Shown here: piece by piece, positions 1 to 10,043 of the stretch
Position numbering within the stretch: the first letter of the stretch is position 1
Layout of the letters: the number at the start of each line of letters is the position of its first letter
NCBI RefSeq assembly: GCF_916098175.1
Contig: NZ_OU701449.1
Length of the DNA: 24,000 nt
Direction: 5' to 3' (one strand)
Origin: Escherichia coli
Lineage (GTDB): Bacteria > Pseudomonadota > Gammaproteobacteria > Enterobacterales > Enterobacteriaceae
The notes under the pieces: generated by a model
Told to the model about the DNA's origin: nothing
What the model saw: only the letters and a program-made list of their open reading frames with translations
Database searches by the model: none
Translations under genes and position numbers: made by a program

Positions 1-541
1 CGTCGAGCAGGAGAATGTCTGGATCAGCAAACAGCGCCTGCGCCAGCAGCACACGCAGCTTCCAGCCAGGAGCAACTTCACTCATCGGGCCGTAGTGCTG
101 TTCCACTGGAATTCCCACGCCAAGCAACAGTTCACCGGCGCGAGCTTCCGCAGAGTAACCGTCCATTTCGCCGTATTTCACTTCCAGATCGGCCACTTTA
201 TAGCCGTCTTCTTCACTCATTTCCGGCAAAGCATAGATGCGGTCACGCTCCTGTTTCACTTCCCACAACTCTTTATGCCCCATGATCACCGTATCCAACA
301 CAGTGAACTCTTCAAAGGCAAACTGATCCTGACGCAGCTTACCAATGCGCTCGTTGGGATCGAGGGAAACGTTACCCAACGTCGGCTCTAAGTCGCCGCC
401 GAGGATCTTCATAAAGGTGGATTTACCACTACCGTTCGCGCCAATCAGGCCGTAACGGTTGCCGCCGCCAAATTTGACGGAAATGTTTTCAAACAACGGC
501 TTACTGCCGAACTGCATGGTGACGTTACTGGAAACTAACAC
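1..541 (-). CDS. ybiT: ABC-F family ATPase YbiT, N-terminal ~180 codons (3' part lies outside the window)
   Basis: The reverse complement from 541 reads GTG TTA GTT TCC AGT AAC GTC ACC ATG CAG = [20 protein letters not shown], the YbiT N-terminus as I recall it. A Walker A motif [10 protein letters not shown] is encoded near 421-450. The frame is open to position 1. It is absent from the ORF track because it runs off the edge and starts with GTG. Confidence 0.9.
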   Translation of the reverse strand, partial: MLVSSNVTMQFGSKPLFENISVKFGGGNRYGLIGANGSGKSTFMKILGGDLEPTLGNVSLDPNERIGKLRQDQFAFEEFTVLDTVIMGHKELWEVKQERDRIYALPEMSEEDGYKVADLEVKYGEMDGYSAEARAGELLLGVGIPVEQHYGPMSEVAPGWKLRVLLAQALFADPDILLLD

Positions 542-759
542 AGGCGTATCCTGAAAAGAGATATGACAAACCGCGCATTATGCCATAAGTCTGAAAGAAG
601 ATCCTGCTCCTCGCTTAAGGTCTACACTCAAGCCAAAGGCAAAAAATGTGATTTCGTACACATCTGATTTCACTGTGAGCAGGAATGAACTTATAATGCG
701 CTTCCAATACTCTAATATTCTCAACCCAATGGCCTGCCAGGCACAAAATCTCGCTTAAC

Positions 760-1680
760 ATGAATATGAAATTGAAAACATTATTCGCAGCGGCCTTCGC
801 TGTTGTCGGCTTTTGCAGTACCGCCTCTGCGGTAACTTATCCTCTGCCAACCGACGGGAGTCGCCTGGTTGGTCAGAATCAGGTGATCACCATTCCTGAA
901 GGTAACACTCAGCCGCTGGAGTATTTTGCCGCCGAGTACCAGATGGGGCTTTCCAATATGATGGAAGCGAACCCGGGTGTGGATACCTTCCTGCCGAAAG
1001 GCGGTACTGTACTGAACATTCCGCAGCAGCTGATCCTGCCGGATACCGTTCATGAAGGCATCGTCATTAACAGTGCAGAGATGCGTCTGTATTACTATCC
1101 GAAAGGAACCAACACCGTTATCGTGCTGCCGATCGGCATTGGTCAGTTAGGCAAAGACACGCCTATCAACTGGACCACCAAAGTTGAGCGTAAGAAAGCA
1201 GGCCCGACCTGGACGCCAACCGCTAAAATGCACGCAGAGTACCGCGCTGCGGGCGAACCGCTTCCGGCTGTCGTTCCGGCAGGTCCGGATAACCCGATGG
1301 GTCTGTATGCACTCTACATCGGTCGCCTGTACGCTATCCATGGCACCAACGCCAACTTCGGTATCGGCCTGCGCGTAAGTCATGGTTGTGTGCGCCTGCG
1401 TAACGAAGACATCAAATTCCTGTTCGAGAAAGTGCCGGTCGGTACTCGCGTACAGTTTATTGATGAGCCGGTAAAAGCGACCACCGAGCCAGACGGCAGC
1501 CGTTATATTGAAGTCCATAATCCGCTGTCTACCACCGAAGCCCAGTTTGAAGGTCAGGAAATTGTGCCAATTACCCTGACGAAGAGTGTGCAGACAGTGA
1601 CCGGTCAGCCTGATGTTGACCAGGTTGTTCTGGATGAAGCGATCAAAAATCGTTCCGGGATGCCGGTTCGTCTGAATTAA
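760..1680 (+). CDS. ldtB: L,D-transpeptidase LdtB (YbiS); attaches Braun lipoprotein to peptidoglycan
   Basis: 306 aa with a signal peptide ([24 protein letters not shown]). It has a YkuD-type catalytic motif SHGCVRL. Length and sequence match my recollection of YbiS. Confidence 0.95.
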
Positions 1681-1698
1681 TCGTCAAAACGTAAAACA

Positions 1699-1729
1699 GA
1701 GGCGGACTCATCATCCGCCTTTTTTATTT
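1699..1729. terminator. Intrinsic terminator between the convergent genes ldtB and ybiR
   Basis: The stem is ggcgga (1701-1706) paired with tccgcc (1714-1719), followed by a T6 run at 1720-1725. The opposite strand has a weaker T-rich tail, so it may be partly bidirectional. Confidence 0.75.
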
Positions 1730-1737
1730 GCCAGATC

Positions 1738-2856
1738 CTACCAGGCCGGGAGCATAACGAATAAAACGTATCCCACCAGCGCCGCCCACAACAGCATCGG
1801 TATTGAATAGAGATGGAAACGCCACCAGATACGGCGATCGTTCGCCATCCGTAACGCAATCAAATTTGCCAGCGATCCGGGTAATAAACCAAAGCCCCCC
1901 ACGTTTACCGCCCATGCCAGTAATAAAGACGGCGGTACATAATTGAGCAGCAAAATGGTACTCGGCACGTTACTGATCACCTGCGATAAACCGATTGCCG
2001 TTAACCATAACCCGGGTTCAGATAAATGACTCACGTTACCCAACACACCTTGCAACGCTGGAAGCTGGGTCAGTAAATGGACGTCGATAAACATCGCCAT
2101 AAACACCAGCAGCAGCGTCCAGTCCACACTGAGCACCACGCGACGTGCCAGCAGCGCAAAGCCCGCCGCCACAATCACCAGTCCCCACAGCTCTTGTTTT
2201 AACTCCAGCGCCGTCAGAAAGACGATATACAGCCCCAGACAACTCCACACCAGCCGCGGTTTCCACTCCGGAGTTTGCACCCCCGTATGGTATTGCAGTG
2301 CCTTTCCAGGGAAACAACACCAGCACAGGAGCAGGAGCGTCAGCATCATTGCGCCAGCCAGTGGTGCCATTTGGGCAATAAATCCGGCAAACGAAAGACC
2401 AGAACGTCCCCAGATAAGAATATTTTGCGGGTTGCCAATTGGCGTCAGTAGCGAACCAGCGTTGACTGCCAGCGCTTCAAAAATAATCAGCCGATTAACC
2501 GGGATCTCACACAGTCTTTTTAGCGTGATAGTCAGCGGAACAACAATAAACAGCGCGACATCGTTGGTCAGAAAGGTAGAAAGCAGCGCCGCCGCCAGCA
2601 CCATAAACATCGCCAGCCGACGCTCCGTAGCAAAGCGGCGCACCATTTTGCGCCCCAGCACATCAAAATAACCGCTTAACTCCACACCTTTGGTCAGCAG
2701 CATCAGGCCGCTTAAGGTGATGATGGTGTGCCAGTCGATAGCAGCAGGCCAGGATTTCGGTGCAAAAGGCACGAAAAAGCTTAATCCGATACCAACAAGA
2801 ATTAATAACTGAAAAAAACGATCGCCTTGCAGCGTGCGTAAAAAAGGCAGGCTCAT
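1738..2856 (-). CDS. ybiR: Inner-membrane anion permease of the ArsB/NhaD (CitMHS-like) superfamily, YbiR; substrate unknown
   Basis: 372 aa and very hydrophobic, with roughly 10-12 predicted TM segments. Its start overlaps the mntR stop by 4 nt (ATGA at 2853-2856). Position and length match K-12 ybiR. Confidence 0.9.
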
Positions 2857-3320
2857 TTGGCACCGTGTTTCTGGGTAAACAAACGAAAAGCGTCGAGCGT
2901 CTCTTCACTAACATGGTGCTCCATGCCTTCCGCGTCGCGACGGGCGATTTCCGGACTGACGCCCAACACCAACAAGAAATTTTCGACTATCTGATGTCGC
3001 TCGCGGCTTTCCTGCGCCAGCTTCTCTCCTTCTGCCGTTAAAAACACGCCACGCCAGGGGATCATTTCAATCAGCCCCATGGTTGCCAGTCGCTTAAGCA
3101 TTTTAGCCACCGTCGGTTGCGAAACTCCCAAACGAGCAGCCATGTCTACCTGACGAGCTTCCCCCACTTCCCTGATCAAGTCAGAAATCAGCTCAACGTA
3201 ATCATCAATAAGCTCGCGCCGATGCGCCTCTCTGACCTGGCGGAACCCTTCAACGTGCTCTTCCACGTTCACTAACTGCGTCACTTTTTTTGCTGTTGGC
3301 GTACCTGCGCGACGACTCAT
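2853..3320 (-). CDS. mntR: Mn(II)-responsive DtxR-family transcriptional regulator MntR
   Basis: 155 aa with an N-terminal winged-HTH region ([17 protein letters not shown]) and a C-terminal metal-binding/dimerisation region. Sequence and context (divergent from mntS) match MntR. Confidence 0.95.
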
Positions 3321-3429
3321 TGTGCTTCCTCATTATGGTGACGCATACATAGCGTTCTCATTTCGTGCGCACATTGTAAACCAGAGTTGCGAAGGTACAA
3401 AAAATTAACGTTTTAGCAATAGCTATATA

Positions 3430-3447
3430 ATATAGCCTGTGCTATAT
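3430..3447. promoter_or_regulatory. MntR operator in the mntS promoter
   Basis: Perfect inverted repeat ATATAGC-ctgt-GCTATAT. It has the same architecture as the mntH MntR box I recall (ACATAGC-N4-GCTATGT). It lies ~60 bp upstream of the mntS ATG. Additional ATAGC/GCTAT half-sites occur at 3418-3428. Confidence 0.7.
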
Positions 3448-3505
3448 CTGTATGTAATGCAATCATCCCTCAAGGATCGACGGGATTAGCAAGTCAGGAG
3501 GTCTT

Positions 3506-3634
3506 ATGAATGAGTTCAAGAGGTGTATGCGCGTGTTTAGTCATTCTCCCTTTAAAGTACGGTTAATGCTGCTCTCTATGTTGTGCGATATGGTCAACAA
3601 CAAACCGCAGCAAGATAAACCTTCCGATAAATAG
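3506..3634 (+). CDS. mntS: Small protein MntS (42 aa), Mn chaperone/efflux inhibitor, encoded on the RybA transcript
   Basis: ATG at 3506 is preceded by the SD aggagg (3495-3500). Translation is MNEFKRCMRVFSHSPFKVRLMLLSMLCDMVNNKPQQDKPSDK with stop TAG at 3632-3634. It is below the ORF-track size cutoff. It matches MntS as I recall it. Confidence 0.9.
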   Translation: MNEFKRCMRVFSHSPFKVRLMLLSMLCDMVNNKPQQDKPSDK

Positions 3635-3690
3635 CGGCGTCACGGTACGCCGCTTCACTCCTGCTTTTATGCAGGCACAACGCGTTTTGG
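3634..3690 (+). terminator. Putative 3' structured region/terminator of the mntS (rybA) transcript
   Basis: Two hairpins are present: gcggcgt/acgccgc (3634-3653) and cctgc/gcagg (3660-3675). They are followed by gcgtttt at 3682-3688. The T-tract is weak, so the exact 3' end is uncertain. Confidence 0.35.
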
Positions 3691-3905
3691 TCTGAAAAAC
3701 CCCACTTTTTGTCGGATTTGCAATCCCCTTCGCAAAAGATTTGTTCGTCAGTAGTTGACCTGAACGGCGGCGCGCTCTATCTTCTTGCAGCCCTGCGTAT
3801 ATTGCGGCTCGCGGATGCGGACCCCTTTCCCCTCTCCACGCACTCTTGCAGGTATTGACCCTTGACGCCAGGGTAAGCACATGGCGTTTGTTACGATAGT
3901 GGCAT

Positions 3906-5489
3906 ATGAATTTAACCCTCAAAGAATCGCTTGTTACCCGTAGCCGGGTATTTAGCCCGTGGACTGCGTTCTACTTTTTACAGTCGCTATTAATTAACCT
4001 CGGCTTAGGTTATCCCTTCAGTTTGCTCTACACCGCTGCGTTTACGGCTATGTTGCTTTTGCTATGGCGAACATTGCCTCGCGTACAAAAAGTTCTGGTC
4101 GGTGTCAGTTCGCTGGTGGCGGCTTGTTATTTCCCTTTTGCTCAGGCCTACGGCGCGCCTAATTTCAATACATTGCTGGCATTGCACTCCACCAATATGG
4201 AAGAGTCGACCGAAATCCTGACGATTTTTCCGTGGTACAGCTACCTGGTCGGCTTATTTATTTTTGCGCTCGGCTTAATAGCAATCAGGCGAAAAAAAGA
4301 GAATGAAAAAGCGCGCTGGAATACCTTCGACAGCCTGTGTCTGGTATTCAGTGTGGCGACATTTTTTGTTGCTCCCATGCAAAACCTGGCCTGGGGCGGC
4401 GTATTTAAACTGAAAGATACCGGCTATCCGGTATTTCGTTTTGCTAAGGATGTCATCGTCAATAATAACGAGGTGATTGAAGAGCAAGAACGGATGGCAA
4501 AACTTTCCGGAATGAAAGATACCTGGACGGTCACTGCCGTTAAGCCGAAATATCAGACCTATGTGGTGGTGATCGGTGAAAGCGCGCGTCGCGATGCCCT
4601 CGGTGCCTTTGGCGGTCACTGGGACAATACCCCGTTTGCCAGCAGTGTTAACGGTTTGATATTTGCTGACTACATTGCCGCCAGTGGCTCCACGCAGAAA
4701 TCGCTTGGCTTAACGCTCAATCGCGTAGTCGATGGCAAACCACAGTTTCAGGATAACTTTGTCACCCTGGCAAATCGCGCGGGCTTCCAGACCTGGTGGT
4801 TTTCCAACCAGGGCCAAATCGGCGAATACGATACCGCCATCGCCAGCATCGCCAAACGTGCAGATGAAGTGTACTTCCTGAAAGAAGGTAATTTTGAAGC
4901 AGATAAAAACACGAAAGACGAAGCGTTACTGGATATGACCGCTCAAGTGCTGGCACAAGAGCACTCGCAACCGCAGCTGATTGTTTTACATCTGATGGGC
5001 TCGCATCCGCAGGCCTGCGACAGGACACAAGGCAAATACGAAACCTTTGTGCAATCGAAAGAAACGTCGTGCTATCTCTATACCATGACGCAAACAGACG
5101 ATTTACTGCGTAAGCTGTACGATCAGTTACGCAACAGCGGCAGCAGCTTCTCGCTGGTTTACTTTTCTGACCACGGTCTGGCCTTTAAAGAGCGCGGCAA
5201 AGACGTGCAATACCTTGCCCATGATGATAAATATCAGCAAAATTTCCAGGTGCCTTTTATGGTCATTTCGAGCGACGATAAAGCGCATCGGGTGATTAAA
5301 GCCCGCCGCTCTGCCAATGACTTCTTAGGCTTTTTCTCCCAGTGGACGGGAATTAAAGCGAAGGAAATTAACATCAAATACCCGTTTATATCTGAGAAGA
5401 AAGCCGGGCCGATATACATCACCAACTTCCAGTTACAGAAGGTGGATTACAACCATCTCGGAACCGATATTTTCGACCCGAAACCTTAA
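3906..5489 (+). CDS. opgE: Phosphoethanolamine transferase OpgE (YbiP), modifies osmoregulated periplasmic glucans
   Basis: 527 aa with an N-terminal multi-TM domain and a C-terminal sulfatase/alkaline-phosphatase-type domain (VVVIGESARRD, HLMGSHP). Length and position match K-12 ybiP. Confidence 0.9.
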   Translation: MNLTLKESLVTRSRVFSPWTAFYFLQSLLINLGLGYPFSLLYTAAFTAMLLLLWRTLPRVQKVLVGVSSLVAACYFPFAQAYGAPNFNTLLALHSTNMEESTEILTIFPWYSYLVGLFIFALGLIAIRRKKENEKARWNTFDSLCLVFSVATFFVAPMQNLAWGGVFKLKDTGYPVFRFAKDVIVNNNEVIEEQERMAKLSGMKDTWTVTAVKPKYQTYVVVIGESARRDALGAFGGHWDNTPFASSVNGLIFADYIAASGSTQKSLGLTLNRVVDGKPQFQDNFVTLANRAGFQTWWFSNQGQIGEYDTAIASIAKRADEVYFLKEGNFEADKNTKDEALLDMTAQVLAQEHSQPQLIVLHLMGSHPQACDRTQGKYETFVQSKETSCYLYTMTQTDDLLRKLYDQLRNSGSSFSLVYFSDHGLAFKERGKDVQYLAHDDKYQQNFQVPFMVISSDDKAHRVIKARRSANDFLGFFSQWTGIKAKEINIKYPFISEKKAGPIYITNFQLQKVDYNHLGTDIFDPKP

Positions 5490-5493
5490 AAAC

Positions 5494-5523
5494 AAAAATC
5501 CGCCCCGAGAGGCGGATTTTTTA
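5494..5523. terminator. Bidirectional intrinsic terminator shared by the convergent genes opgE and ompX
   Basis: aaaaatccgcc-ccgaga-ggcggattttt: a GC stem flanked by an A-run and a T-run, so it is functional in both orientations. Confidence 0.85.
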
Positions 5524-5537
5524 TATCACCGAAGTGA

Positions 5538-6053
5538 TTAGAAGCGGTAACCAACACCGGCAATCCAGGTGCCTACGTCAACGCTACGAATACGGCTCTG
5601 CTCGTAAGAGAAGTCCAGAGCAACGTTTTCCATCGGGTTGAACTGCAGACCAGCACCGTAGGAGAAACCGTAGTCGCTGGTGTCGTGTTTGTAGGTCGGG
5701 TATTCAGTGGTCTGGAATTTACCATAACCCACACCCACTACACCGTAGATGCTTGCCCAGTCGTTAATGCGGTAAGCCGGACCAGCAGTGATGCCGTAGT
5801 ACTGGTTTTTGTTGTAGTCACCAGAGCTTGCAGTACGGCTTTTCTCGGTGTAAGTGAAAGAACCGATCACACCCAGCGGGCTGTTGTCTTCTTCATAGCG
5901 GTATTTCAGGTTGAAACCGCCCATTTTGTTCATTTGGCCCTGAGCGTCGCTCTGTGCGTAACCGCCAGTTACGGTAGAAGTTGCAGCTACGGAAGTACCT
6001 GCGGTGAAAGCCAGAACTGCGGCCAGTGCTGAAAGACATGCAATTTTTTTCAT
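5538..6053 (-). CDS. ompX: Outer membrane 8-stranded beta-barrel protein OmpX
   Basis: 171 aa starting from MKKIACLSALAAVLAFTAGTSVA, and ending in the aromatic C-terminus ...GVGYRF. The track ORF begins 2 codons earlier at a GTG. The ATG at 6053, with SD gaggtgg just upstream, matches the known N-terminus. Confidence 0.95.
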   Translation of the reverse strand: MKKIACLSALAAVLAFTAGTSVAATSTVTGGYAQSDAQGQMNKMGGFNLKYRYEEDNSPLGVIGSFTYTEKSRTASSGDYNKNQYYGITAGPAYRINDWASIYGVVGVGYGKFQTTEYPTYKHDTSDYGFSYGAGLQFNPMENVALDFSYEQSRIRSVDVGTWIAGVGYRF

Positions 6054-6405
6054 AACCACCTCAAATGTGATTCAAATAAGTCCTAAGTTTTAAATATATC
6101 AAAAATTAATGGGAAACTCTTCGCGATTTGTGATGTCTAACGGGCCATTTCATGTAACAGAACGTTTCCATACACCGCTATCCATCTAAATTTAAATCAC
6201 TTTTTCAGAGAACTGCGTAAGTATTACGCATGTTTTCCCTGTCATTCATCCAGATTATTCCTAATCACCAGACTAATGATTCCATCAATCCTGGCGCATT
6301 TTAGTCAAAACGGGGGAAAATTTTTTCAACAAATGCTCAACCAGCATTGGGTATATCCAGTACACTCCACGCTTTACTTAAGTCTAGATATTTGTGGGAG
6401 AAAGG

Positions 6406-7293
6406 ATGCCTGGTTCATTACGTAAAATGCCGGTCTGGTTACCAATAGTCATATTGCTCGTTGCCATGGCGTCTATTCAGGGTGGAGCCTCGTTAGCTAA
6501 GTCACTTTTTCCTCTGGTGGGCGCACCGGGTGTCACTGCGCTGCGTCTGGCATTAGGAACGCTGATCCTCATCGCGTTCTTTAAGCCATGGCGACTGCGC
6601 TTTGCCAAAGAGCAACGGTTACCGCTGTTGTTTTACGGCGTTTCGCTGGGGGGGATGAATTATCTTTTTTATCTTTCTATTCAGACGGTACCGCTGGGTA
6701 TTGCGGTGGCGCTGGAGTTCACCGGACCACTGGCGGTGGCGCTGTTCTCTTCTCGTCGCCCGGTAGATTTCGTCTGGGTTGTGCTGGCGGTTCTTGGTCT
6801 GTGGTTCCTGCTACCGCTGGGGCAAGACGTTTCCCATGTCGATTTAATCGGCTGTGCGCTGGCACTGGGGGCCGGGGCTTGTTGGGCTATTTACATTTTA
6901 AGTGGGCAACGCGCAGGAGCGGAACATGGCCCTGCGACGGTGGCTATTGGTTCGTTGATTGCAGCGTTAATTTTCGTGCCAATTGGAGCGCTTCAGGCTG
7001 GTGAAGCACTCTGGCACTGGTCGGTTATTCCATTGGGTCTGGCGGTCGCTATTCTCTCGACCGCTCTGCCTTATTCGCTGGAAATGATTGCCCTCACCCG
7101 TTTGCCAACACGGACATTTGGTACGCTGATGAGCATGGAACCGGCGCTGGCTGCCGTTTCCGGGATGATTTTCCTCGGAGAAACACTGACACCCATACAG
7201 CTGCTGGCGCTCGGCGCTATCATCGCCGCTTCAATGGGGTCTACGCTGACAGTACGCAAAGAGAGCAAAATAAAAGAATTAGACATTAATTAA
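6406..7293 (+). CDS. rhtA: Threonine/homoserine exporter RhtA (EamA/DMT family)
   Basis: 295 aa from ATG 6406 (MPGSLRKMPVWLP...), with SD ggagaaagg just upstream. It is a ten-TM DMT-type protein. The track start (GTG 6394) is 4 codons upstream. Confidence 0.9.
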   Translation: MPGSLRKMPVWLPIVILLVAMASIQGGASLAKSLFPLVGAPGVTALRLALGTLILIAFFKPWRLRFAKEQRLPLLFYGVSLGGMNYLFYLSIQTVPLGIAVALEFTGPLAVALFSSRRPVDFVWVVLAVLGLWFLLPLGQDVSHVDLIGCALALGAGACWAIYILSGQRAGAEHGPATVAIGSLIAALIFVPIGALQAGEALWHWSVIPLGLAVAILSTALPYSLEMIALTRLPTRTFGTLMSMEPALAAVSGMIFLGETLTPIQLLALGAIIAASMGSTLTVRKESKIKELDIN

Positions 7294-7301
7294 ATTTACA
7301 T

Positions 7302-7336
7302 TTCTGCATGGTTATGCATAACCATGCAGAATTTCT
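7302..7336 (+). terminator. rhtA intrinsic terminator (perfect 15+15 bp palindrome)
   Basis: ttctgcatggttatg/cataaccatgcagaa (7302-7331) followed by tttctc. Confidence 0.7.
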
Positions 7337-7447
7337 CGCTACTTTTCCTCTACACCGTCTTTATATATCGAATTATGCAAAAGCATATTTATTCCGAAAA
7401 TTCCTGGCGAGCCAATAAATAAGAATTGTTCTTATCAATATAACTAA

Positions 7448-8095
<648 letters not shown>

Positions 8096-8135
8096 ATCCA
8101 TCGTTGATGGTGCAGAACTTTAGTACACGATAAAA

Positions 8136-8167
8136 GCGGCTTCCTGACAGGAGGCCGTTTTGTTTTG
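8136..8167 (+). terminator. dps intrinsic terminator
   Basis: Stem gcggcttcctg / caggaggccgt (one G-U pair) followed by tttgtttt. Confidence 0.75.
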
Positions 8168-8312
8168 TAGCCCGCCTCAACGCACTTATTTAGTGCATCC
8201 ATCTGCTATCCCCAGCTGGTTAAGTAAATTTTTTGTATCCACATCATCACACAATCGTTACATAAAGATTGTTTTTTCATCAGGTTTTACGCTAAATAAT
8301 CACTGTGTTGAG

Positions 8313-8342
8313 TGCACAATTTTAGCGCACCAGTTTGGTGCC
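8313..8342. promoter_or_regulatory. NtrC (NRI) enhancer sites for glnHp2
   Basis: Overlapping TGCACC-N5-GGTGCA-like dyads: tgcacaattttagcgca (8313-8329) and gcaccagtttggtgc (8327-8341). A further ggtgca lies at 8350-8355. They sit ~100 bp upstream of the sigma-54 promoter. Confidence 0.7.
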
Positions 8343-8409
8343 CCAGAATGGTGCATCTTCAGGGTATTGCCCTATAAATCGTGCATCACGTTTTTGCCGC
8401 ATCTCGAAA

Positions 8410-8422
8410 AATCAATGAGTTG
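8410..8422. promoter_or_regulatory. IHF site between the NtrC enhancer and glnHp2
   Basis: aATCAAtgagTTG is an exact match to WATCAANNNNTTR. Its position is consistent with the known IHF-assisted looping at glnHp2. Confidence 0.65.
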
Positions 8423-8428
8423 CAAAAC

Positions 8429-8444
8429 TGGCACGATTTTTTCA
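8429..8444 (+). promoter_or_regulatory. Sigma-54 promoter glnHp2
   Basis: TGGCAC-gattt-TTTCA matches the -24/-12 consensus TGGCAC-N5-TTGCA with one mismatch in the -12 element. It lies ~55 bp upstream of the glnH ATG. Confidence 0.8.
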
Positions 8445-8483
8445 TATATGTGAATGTCACGCAGGGGATCGTCCCGTGGATAG

Positions 8484-9245
<762 letters not shown>

Positions 9246-9270
9246 TAACGCTACGCCTGTAAAGCGCACT

Positions 9271-9335
9271 GGCAGTTCCCTCTCCCCTCTGGGGAGAGGA
9301 TTAGGGTGAGGGGCGCAAACCCGCTCCGGGGCCAT
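9271..9335. repeat. GC-rich intergenic repeat (BoxC-like) with a stable hairpin, in the glnH-glnP spacer
   Basis: cctctcccc-tct-ggggagagg is a 9-bp stem (9279-9299), followed by attagggtgaggggcgcaaacccgctccggggcc. This resembles the cctctccc...gggagagg...ttagggtgagggg family scattered in E. coli intergenic regions. The family name is assigned from memory only. Confidence 0.5.
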
Positions 9336-9383
9336 TAATTACCCTGAATTTGATTATTTACACCACGGTAACAGGAACAACAT

Positions 9384-10043
9384 ATGCAGTTTGACTGGAG
9401 TGCCATCTGGCCTGCCATTCCGCTTCTGATTGAAGGTGCCAAAATGACCCTGTGGATTTCGGTCCTCGGTTTGGCTGGCGGTCTGGTGATCGGATTGCTG
9501 GCAGGTTTTGCACGCACCTTCGGTGGTTGGATAGCCAACCACGTCGCGCTGGTCTTTATTGAAGTGATCCGCGGCACACCTATCGTCGTCCAGGTGATGT
9601 TTATTTATTTCGCCCTGCCGATGGCGTTTAACGACTTACGCATCGACCCGTTTACTGCGGCGGTGGTCACCATCATGATCAACTCCGGCGCGTACATTGC
9701 GGAAATCACGCGTGGTGCGGTGCTGTCTATTCACAAAGGTTTTCGTGAAGCAGGACTGGCGCTCGGTCTTTCACGTTGGGAAACCATTCGCTACGTCATT
9801 TTACCGCTGGCACTGCGTCGTATGCTGCCGCCGCTGGGTAACCAGTGGATCATCAGTATAAAAGATACCTCGCTGTTTATTGTTATCGGCGTGGCGGAAC
9901 TGACCCGTCAGGGGCAAGAAATTATTGCCGGTAACTTCCGCGCCCTTGAGATCTGGAGCGCCGTGGCGGTGTTCTATCTGATTATTACCCTGGTGCTGAG
10001 CTTTATTCTGCGTCGTCTGGAAAGAAGGATGAAAATCCTGTGA
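9384..10043 (+). CDS. glnP: Glutamine ABC transporter permease GlnP
   Basis: 219 aa, with about five TM segments typical of a polar-amino-acid ABC permease. Its stop overlaps the glnQ GTG start (GTGA at 10040-10043). Confidence 0.95.

Noticed and set aside
95-391. 98-aa plus-strand ORF at the left edge
   Set aside because: It lies entirely antisense to the clearly recognisable ybiT coding frame and has no SD. Its composition (rich in H, F, Q) is typical of an antisense shadow ORF.
644-665. CRP-like site aaaTGTGAtttcgtACACAtct in the ybiT-ldtB divergent region, with a TATAAT at 692-697
   Set aside because: The left half-site is perfect but the right half has mismatches. The centre-to-(-10) spacing (~-50 relative to a TSS inferred from the TATAAT) does not fit class I or class II geometry. 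I know of no supporting evidence, so it is too weak to annotate.
3563-3922. 119-aa minus-strand ORF between mntS and opgE (the position of the K-12 'yliL' annotation)
   Set aside because: It is Arg/Cys-rich with low complexity. It overlaps the mntS 3' end in antisense and also the opgE start. It has no convincing RBS and spans hairpin and terminator sequence. I treat it as non-coding unless conservation or translation data say otherwise.
8160-8453. 97-aa plus-strand ORF between dps and glnH
   Set aside because: It coincides with the glnH regulatory region (NtrC sites, IHF site, sigma-54 promoter). It starts inside the dps terminator T-tract and has no RBS.
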